From an uncultured Nigerium sp. (GTDB taxonomy: Bacteria; Actinomycetota; Actinomycetes; Propionibacteriales; Propionibacteriaceae), in contig CAYZXQ010000010.1 of assembly GCA_964482465.1 (NCBI GenBank), positions 780 to 64,779 of the forward strand: 64,000 bases of DNA. Reading direction: 5' to 3'. The number at the start of each line of letters is the position of its first letter. The stretch's first letter is position 1. The notes beneath the pieces are model-generated. The model was not told the DNA's origin. It saw only the letters and a program-made list of their open reading frames with translations, and did not search any database. Shown here piece after piece: positions 58,876 to 64,000 of this stretch. The translations under genes were made by a program, and so were the position numbers.

Positions 58876-59919
58876 GTGCAGCTGAAGAAGCTTGCCGTTG
58901 CCGCGATGACCGCGGCAGCGCTCACCCTCGCCGCCTGCACCGCAGGTCCGGCCACGACCACCCCCGGCACGTCGGCCGCCCCCAAGGCCGGAATCAAGGT
59001 CGGCATGGCCTACGACGTCGGCGGTCGCGGGGACAAGTCGTTCAACGATGCCGCCGCCGCGGGCCTCGACAAGGCCAAGGCCGACTTCGGCATCGACATG
59101 AAGGAGGCTTCGGCCACCAACGGCGAGGCTGAGGCTGCCCGCGAGGAGCGGCTGCAGCAGCTCATCGACAACGGCTACACCAACATCGTGGCCGTGGGCT
59201 TCGCGTACGGGAAGTCGGTGGGCAAGGTCGCCAAGGCCAACCCGAACGTGAAGTTCGCCATCGTCGACGACGCGTCCGACGACAGCAAGGGCGCCAACGT
59301 CGAGCAGATGGTCTTCGCCGAGCACGAGGGCAGCTTCCTCGTCGGCGCCGCGGCCGCCCTCAAGTCGAAGAGTGGCCACATCGGCTTCGTCGGCGGCGTC
59401 GAGACCGACCTCATCAAGAAGTTCGAGGTCGGCTTCAAGGCCGGTGCCCTGGCGGTCAACCCGAACATCAAGATCGACTCCAAGTACCTCACCCAGCCGC
59501 CGGACTTCTCGGGCTTCAACTCGGTCGACAAGGGCAAGGCCGCGGCCGAAGGCATGTACCAGGGCGGCGCGGACATCGTCTACCACGCGGCCGGCGGCTC
59601 CGGCGGCGGCGTCTTCACCGCGGCCAAGGCGGCGGGCAAGCTCGCCATCGGTGTCGACTCCGACCAGGCCAAGACGGCCACCGCGGACGTGCAGGGCGTC
59701 ATCATGACCTCCATGATCAAGAAGGTCGACGTGGCGGTCTACGACTTCGTCAAGACCGTCAAGGACGGCTCCTTCAAGGCCGGCATCAAGACGTTCGACC
59801 TCAAGGCCGGCGGCGTCGACTACTCCACCACCGGTGGCCAGGTCGACGACATCAAGTCCAAGCTGGAGGAGTACAAGCAGAAGATCTCCGCGGGCACGAT
59901 CGTCGTTCCTGCCAAGTGA
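58876..59919 (+). CDS. BMP/TmpC family nucleoside-binding lipoprotein
   Basis: Lipobox LAAC, GRGDKSFN, FAEHEGSFLVG, GFVGG, AIGVDSDQ, SMIKKVD; RBS AAGGAG. Confidence 0.92.
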   Translation: MQLKKLAVAAMTAAALTLAACTAGPATTTPGTSAAPKAGIKVGMAYDVGGRGDKSFNDAAAAGLDKAKADFGIDMKEASATNGEAEAAREERLQQLIDNGYTNIVAVGFAYGKSVGKVAKANPNVKFAIVDDASDDSKGANVEQMVFAEHEGSFLVGAAAALKSKSGHIGFVGGVETDLIKKFEVGFKAGALAVNPNIKIDSKYLTQPPDFSGFNSVDKGKAAAEGMYQGGADIVYHAAGGSGGGVFTAAKAAGKLAIGVDSDQAKTATADVQGVIMTSMIKKVDVAVYDFVKTVKDGSFKAGIKTFDLKAGGVDYSTTGGQVDDIKSKLEEYKQKISAGTIVVPAK

Positions 59920-59966
59920 TCTGAGGGCTGCGAAGAGCCGGAAATCCGGCTCCGAAAAACCCATGA

Positions 59967-59999
59967 CAACGACCCGGGCGCTTTCCGCCCGGGTCGTTG
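59967..59999 (+). terminator. Intercistronic stem-loop after the solute-binding-protein gene
   Basis: CAACGACCCGGGCG-CTTTC-CGCCCGGGTCGTTG, 14-bp stem with no U tract. Confidence 0.6.
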
Positions 60000-60090
60000 C
60001 CGTGGTGGCTAGAGTGTCTGCCACGATGCGGCCGTCCGCACCGTAGGTCAATGAGACCTCCCGACAGGGAGCCGGACGAGGAGTGCCAGG

Positions 60091-61656
60091 TTGAGCAGCC
60101 CTATCCAGTCGCCACCCGCCCAGCTCGCGGTCGAGCTCAAGGGCATCACCAAGAGATTCGCAGGCGTCGTCGCGAACAAGGACATCGATCTGTCCGTGCG
60201 GCGCGGAACGATCCATGCCATCGTCGGAGAGAACGGTGCGGGCAAGTCGACGTTGATGAAGACGTTGTACGGCGTCCAGCAGCCCGACGAGGGCACCATC
60301 GCGATCAACGGCCAGCGCGTCGTCATGAAGACCCCCACCGAGGCGATCAAGCAGGGCATCGGCATGGTGTTCCAGCACTTCATGCTGGCCGACAACCTGA
60401 CGGTGCTTGAGAACGTCGTGCTCGGGGCCGAGAAGCTCCACGGCATCGGTGACGCCGCTCGGGCCAAGATCCGCGAGATTTCGGACGCCTATGGGCTCGA
60501 CATCGAGCCCAACGACCTCATCGAGCACCTCGGCGTCGGAGCGCGGCAGCGCGTCGAGATCCTCAAGGTCCTCTACCGCGGGGCCCGCATCCTGATCCTG
60601 GACGAGCCCACCGCCGTCCTGGTGCCGCAGGAGGTCACCGAGCTCTTCGACAACCTGCGCGGCATGAAGGACGAGGGTTTGACCGTCATCTTCATCTCGC
60701 ACAAGCTGGACGAGGTGCTGAGCGTCGCCGACGACATCACCGTGATCCGCCGTGGCACGACGGTGGCGGCGGTCGACCCGAAGACGGTCAACGCCCGCCA
60801 GCTCGCCGAACTGATGGTGGGCTCGGAGTTGCCGTCGCCCGAGACCGAGGATTCGACGGTCACCGACCGCGTCCTGCTCGAGATCACCGACGTGACGCTC
60901 GCCGGCGGCCCCGGCCGTCGCGACGTGCTCGCCGGCATCGACCTGACGATCCACGCCGGCGAGATCGTCGGCATCGCGGGCGTCGAGGGCAACGGCCAGG
61001 CCGAACTCGTCGAGGTCATCATGGGGATGCGCGAACCCACCTCGGGGCGCATCCTGCTCGAGGGCACCGACATCACCGACTGGCCGGTCCGCCGCATCCG
61101 TGAGGCGGGCGTCGGGTACATCCCCGAGGATCGACACCGCCACGGCCTGCTGCTGGAGGCGCCGCTGTGGGAGAACCGCATCCTCGGCCACCAGACGCAG
61201 GAGCCGAACGTCAAGGGCCCGCTGGTCAACGCCAAGGACGCCAAGGCCGACACCGAGCGCATCGTGCGCGAGTTCGACGTGCGGACGCCGTCGATCTACG
61301 TCACCTCGGGTTCGCTGTCCGGCGGCAACCAGCAGAAGCTCATCATCGGCCGCGAGATGAGCCACAACCCCATCGTCCTCGTGGCCGCGCACCCCACCCG
61401 CGGCGTCGATGTCGGGGCCCAGTCGTCGATCTGGGACCTCATCAAGGACGCCCGCCGCGGCGGCTTGGGCGTGCTGCTGATCTCGGCCGACCTGGAGGAA
61501 CTGGTCGGCCTGTCGGACACCATCCGCGTGATCCTGCGCGGCAAGCTGTCCGGCGAGTTCGACCCCGACGTCGTCACCCGCGAGGAGCTCGGATCGGCGA
61601 TGACCGGAGCCCAGGACAAGGGCGCCCGCGCGTCCGGACAGGAGGCCCACGCATGA
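60091..61656 (+). CDS. CUT2/nucleoside ABC transporter double ATPase
   Basis: GENGAGKSTL, QHFML, ILDEPT, GVEGNGQ, IPEDR, LSGGNQQK, PTRGVD. Confidence 0.93.
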   Translation: MSSPIQSPPAQLAVELKGITKRFAGVVANKDIDLSVRRGTIHAIVGENGAGKSTLMKTLYGVQQPDEGTIAINGQRVVMKTPTEAIKQGIGMVFQHFMLADNLTVLENVVLGAEKLHGIGDAARAKIREISDAYGLDIEPNDLIEHLGVGARQRVEILKVLYRGARILILDEPTAVLVPQEVTELFDNLRGMKDEGLTVIFISHKLDEVLSVADDITVIRRGTTVAAVDPKTVNARQLAELMVGSELPSPETEDSTVTDRVLLEITDVTLAGGPGRRDVLAGIDLTIHAGEIVGIAGVEGNGQAELVEVIMGMREPTSGRILLEGTDITDWPVRRIREAGVGYIPEDRHRHGLLLEAPLWENRILGHQTQEPNVKGPLVNAKDAKADTERIVREFDVRTPSIYVTSGSLSGGNQQKLIIGREMSHNPIVLVAAHPTRGVDVGAQSSIWDLIKDARRGGLGVLLISADLEELVGLSDTIRVILRGKLSGEFDPDVVTREELGSAMTGAQDKGARASGQEAHA

Positions 61657-62774
61657 ACCGGATCGACCCGAGGAAGCTCGCCCTCGCGGCGGCGGCTCCC
61701 GTGCTGGCGATCGTCGTCGCGCTGTTGTTCACCACGCTGATCCTCTTGGCGTCCGGCGACCCGGTGGGCGCGGTGTGGGCCCAGTTGTTCAAGGTCCCGC
61801 TCCCGCGGCAACTCGTCGCGATCGTCAACGCGGCCACCGTCTTGTACCTCTCGGCCGTCGCCGTGGCCATCGGGTTCAAGATGAACCTGTTCAACATCGG
61901 CGTCGACGGTCAGTACCGCGTGGCGTCGTTCGCGGCTGCGGTGTTCGCCGGCGCGCACTGGTTGCCGGGCTGGCTCAACATCATCGTGGCCATCCTGGTC
62001 GCGATGCTCACCGGGGCGCTCTGGGCGTTCATCGCCGGCATCCTCAAGGTGACTCGCGGCGTGAGCGAGGTCATCAGCACGATCATGCTGAACTACATCG
62101 CCACCTACCTGGTCGCCTTCCTGCTGAAGGGGGCGGCGGTCAAGGTGGAGGGCAGCAACGCCACCAGCACCGCGATCCTCGCCGAGGACTCCCGCGTCCC
62201 GAACATCGATGTGTCCGGCTTCGTCAACACGCCCCGCCAGGTATACGGCCTGGTGTTCCTGGCCATCCTGGTCGGCCTCGTCTACTGGTTCGTCGTCAAC
62301 AAGACGCGGTTCGGCTTCGACCTGCGGGCCACCGGCGCCTCCGAGACGGCCGCCGTCGCCAGCGGCGTCCGGGTCAAGAAGATGGTCGCGACCTCCATGG
62401 TGCTCTCCGGCGCGGCTGCTGGCCTCGTCGGCATGCCCTTGCTGTTCAACCAGGACTACGCCTACGGCGACACGGTCCAGGCCGGGCTCGGGTTCGCGGG
62501 CATCGCGGTCGCGCTGCTCGGACGCAACCACCCCGTCGGCATGGCCTTCGCGGCCCTGCTGTGGGGCTACCTCGACCAGCTCAGCAACGGCCTGCAGATC
62601 AGCGCCGGCGTCTCCGACCGGCTGGTCCTCATCATCCAGGGAATCATCGTGCTCTCAGTGGTCATCGCCTACGAGGTCATGCGTCGCGCCGGTCTGCGGA
62701 TGGAGCAGAGCCGGGTCGGGCGTGAAGAGTCGGCCAAGACCCCCGAGCCCAAGGTTGAGGCGGTGACGGCATGA
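61653..62774 (+). CDS. Nucleoside ABC transporter permease 1
   Basis: LFNIGVDGQ, SEVISTIMLNY, GF.GIAVALLGRNHP. Confidence 0.9.
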   Translation: MNRIDPRKLALAAAAPVLAIVVALLFTTLILLASGDPVGAVWAQLFKVPLPRQLVAIVNAATVLYLSAVAVAIGFKMNLFNIGVDGQYRVASFAAAVFAGAHWLPGWLNIIVAILVAMLTGALWAFIAGILKVTRGVSEVISTIMLNYIATYLVAFLLKGAAVKVEGSNATSTAILAEDSRVPNIDVSGFVNTPRQVYGLVFLAILVGLVYWFVVNKTRFGFDLRATGASETAAVASGVRVKKMVATSMVLSGAAAGLVGMPLLFNQDYAYGDTVQAGLGFAGIAVALLGRNHPVGMAFAALLWGYLDQLSNGLQISAGVSDRLVLIIQGIIVLSVVIAYEVMRRAGLRMEQSRVGREESAKTPEPKVEAVTA

Positions 62775-64000
62775 GCAACGTCGCGGTGAAGCCGCAGGTG
62801 GCGGCGTCCGAATCGACACGCAAGCGTCCGCGCTGGCTGTGGCCTGCGATCTCTCTGGGCGCACTCGTGGTGCTCGCCACGGTCCGCGTCGTGACCGGCG
62901 CGCACGACATCGACTCCTCGGGCGCCCTCACGGCCGCGATCGGGCTTGCCATGCCGATCGTCCTGGCCGGTCTCGGCGGCCTGTGGTCGGAGCGTGCGGG
63001 CGTCGTCAACATCGGCCTCGAGGGCATGATGCTGCTCGGCACGTGGGGGGCCGCGTTCTTCGGCTACCACTACGGTCCGTGGGCGGGCATCCTCGGCGCG
63101 GTCGTGGTCGGCGTGGTCGCCGGCGCCATCCACGCGCTGGCCACCGTGACGTTCGGCGTGGACCACATCGTGTCCGGCGTGGCGATCAACCTGCTGGGCG
63201 CCGGCGCGGCGTCCTACCTGGCCGTGCGCACGTTCACCGACCTGCCCGGCGGCGGGCCGACCCAGTCGCCGCCGCTGGCGCAGCTGCCGTTCCTCAGCGT
63301 CCCCGGCGTGGGCGACGTCCTGCTGGAGCTGGAGAAGTCGCGCATGTGGCTGCTCGCGGACATCGCCTCGATCCTGCGGGCCGTGACGACCAACGTGAAC
63401 GCGCTGACGGTGGTGGCGATCCTGCTGCTCGTCGGGTCCTGGTGGGTGCTCTGGCGCACCGCCTTCGGCCTTCGGCTGCGCGCCTGTGGCGAGGCGCCGC
63501 AGGCGGCCGAGACGCTCGGCGTCAACGTCCTCAAGATGAAGTGGGTTGCGGTGCTGGTCTCCGGCGCGCTGGCCGGCCTCGCGGGCGGCTTCCTCGTGCT
63601 CGTGGCCTCCAACCTCTACCGCGAGGGTCAGACGGGCGGACGCGGCTACATCGGCCTAGCCGCCATGATCTTCGGCAACTGGCGTCCGGGTGGCCTGGCC
63701 GCCGGTGCGGCGCTGTTCGGGTACACCGACGCGGTGCAGCTCCGCGGTGGCGGCGATGTCGTCCACGCGTACCTGCTGCCCATCGCGGTGTTCTTGGCGG
63801 TCTGGGGCGTCTGGCTGATCGTGAAGCGCGTCCAGGGCAAGTCGATCACCGGATCGCTGATTCGTCTCGGCCTGGCCGTCGCGGTGGCGGCGTGGTTCCT
63901 GCTGACCAAGACCGTGCCCAACGAGTTCACCTCCATGACCCCCTACATCGCCACCCTGCTGGTCCTCGCGTTCGCGTCCCAGCGGCTGCGCATGCCGGCG
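62771..64000 (+). CDS. Nucleoside ABC transporter permease 2 (runs off the window end)
   Basis: Not in the ORF track; SERAGVVNIGLEGMM, VDHIVSGVAINL, GRGYIGLAAMIFGNWRP, PYIATLLVL. Confidence 0.9.
   Translation, partial: MSNVAVKPQVAASESTRKRPRWLWPAISLGALVVLATVRVVTGAHDIDSSGALTAAIGLAMPIVLAGLGGLWSERAGVVNIGLEGMMLLGTWGAAFFGYHYGPWAGILGAVVVGVVAGAIHALATVTFGVDHIVSGVAINLLGAGAASYLAVRTFTDLPGGGPTQSPPLAQLPFLSVPGVGDVLLELEKSRMWLLADIASILRAVTTNVNALTVVAILLLVGSWWVLWRTAFGLRLRACGEAPQAAETLGVNVLKMKWVAVLVSGALAGLAGGFLVLVASNLYREGQTGGRGYIGLAAMIFGNWRPGGLAAGAALFGYTDAVQLRGGGDVVHAYLLPIAVFLAVWGVWLIVKRVQGKSITGSLIRLGLAVAVAAWFLLTKTVPNEFTSMTPYIATLLVLAFASQRLRMPA

Overview
High-GC actinobacterial chromosomal window, most consistent with a Propionibacteriaceae-type organism (inferred from mutAB-meaB, sucCD, mdh and the guaB/guaB3/guaA layout). 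Mostly core genome: purine and C1 genes (guaB, guaB3-like, guaA, purN, purH, folD, purU), cysK, pcrA, cardiolipin synthase, sucCD, mdh, actP, a PspC/two-component envelope-stress module, a galactofuranan locus (glf, GlfT2-like, wzm/wzt, GlfT1-like), methylmalonyl-CoA mutase and a BMP-family nucleoside ABC transporter. The most notable items are: (1) a YjjI/YjjW glycyl-radical enzyme pair of unknown function, divergent from the nucleoside importer and bordered by an IS30/GNAT scar; (2) a hyper-abundant GCGTCCGG/CCGGACGC octamer that also closes intergenic hairpins; (3) a two-gene DAG-kinase-like + App1-type phosphatase unit; (4) a histidine-phosphatase::degenerate pterin-carbinolamine-dehydratase fusion; (5) an Aer-type PAS protein lacking an MCP domain, coupled to a mannosyltransferase; (6) many apparently leaderless genes. 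No rRNA, tRNA or CRISPR was seen. All calls come from reading motifs by eye; no database searches were run.
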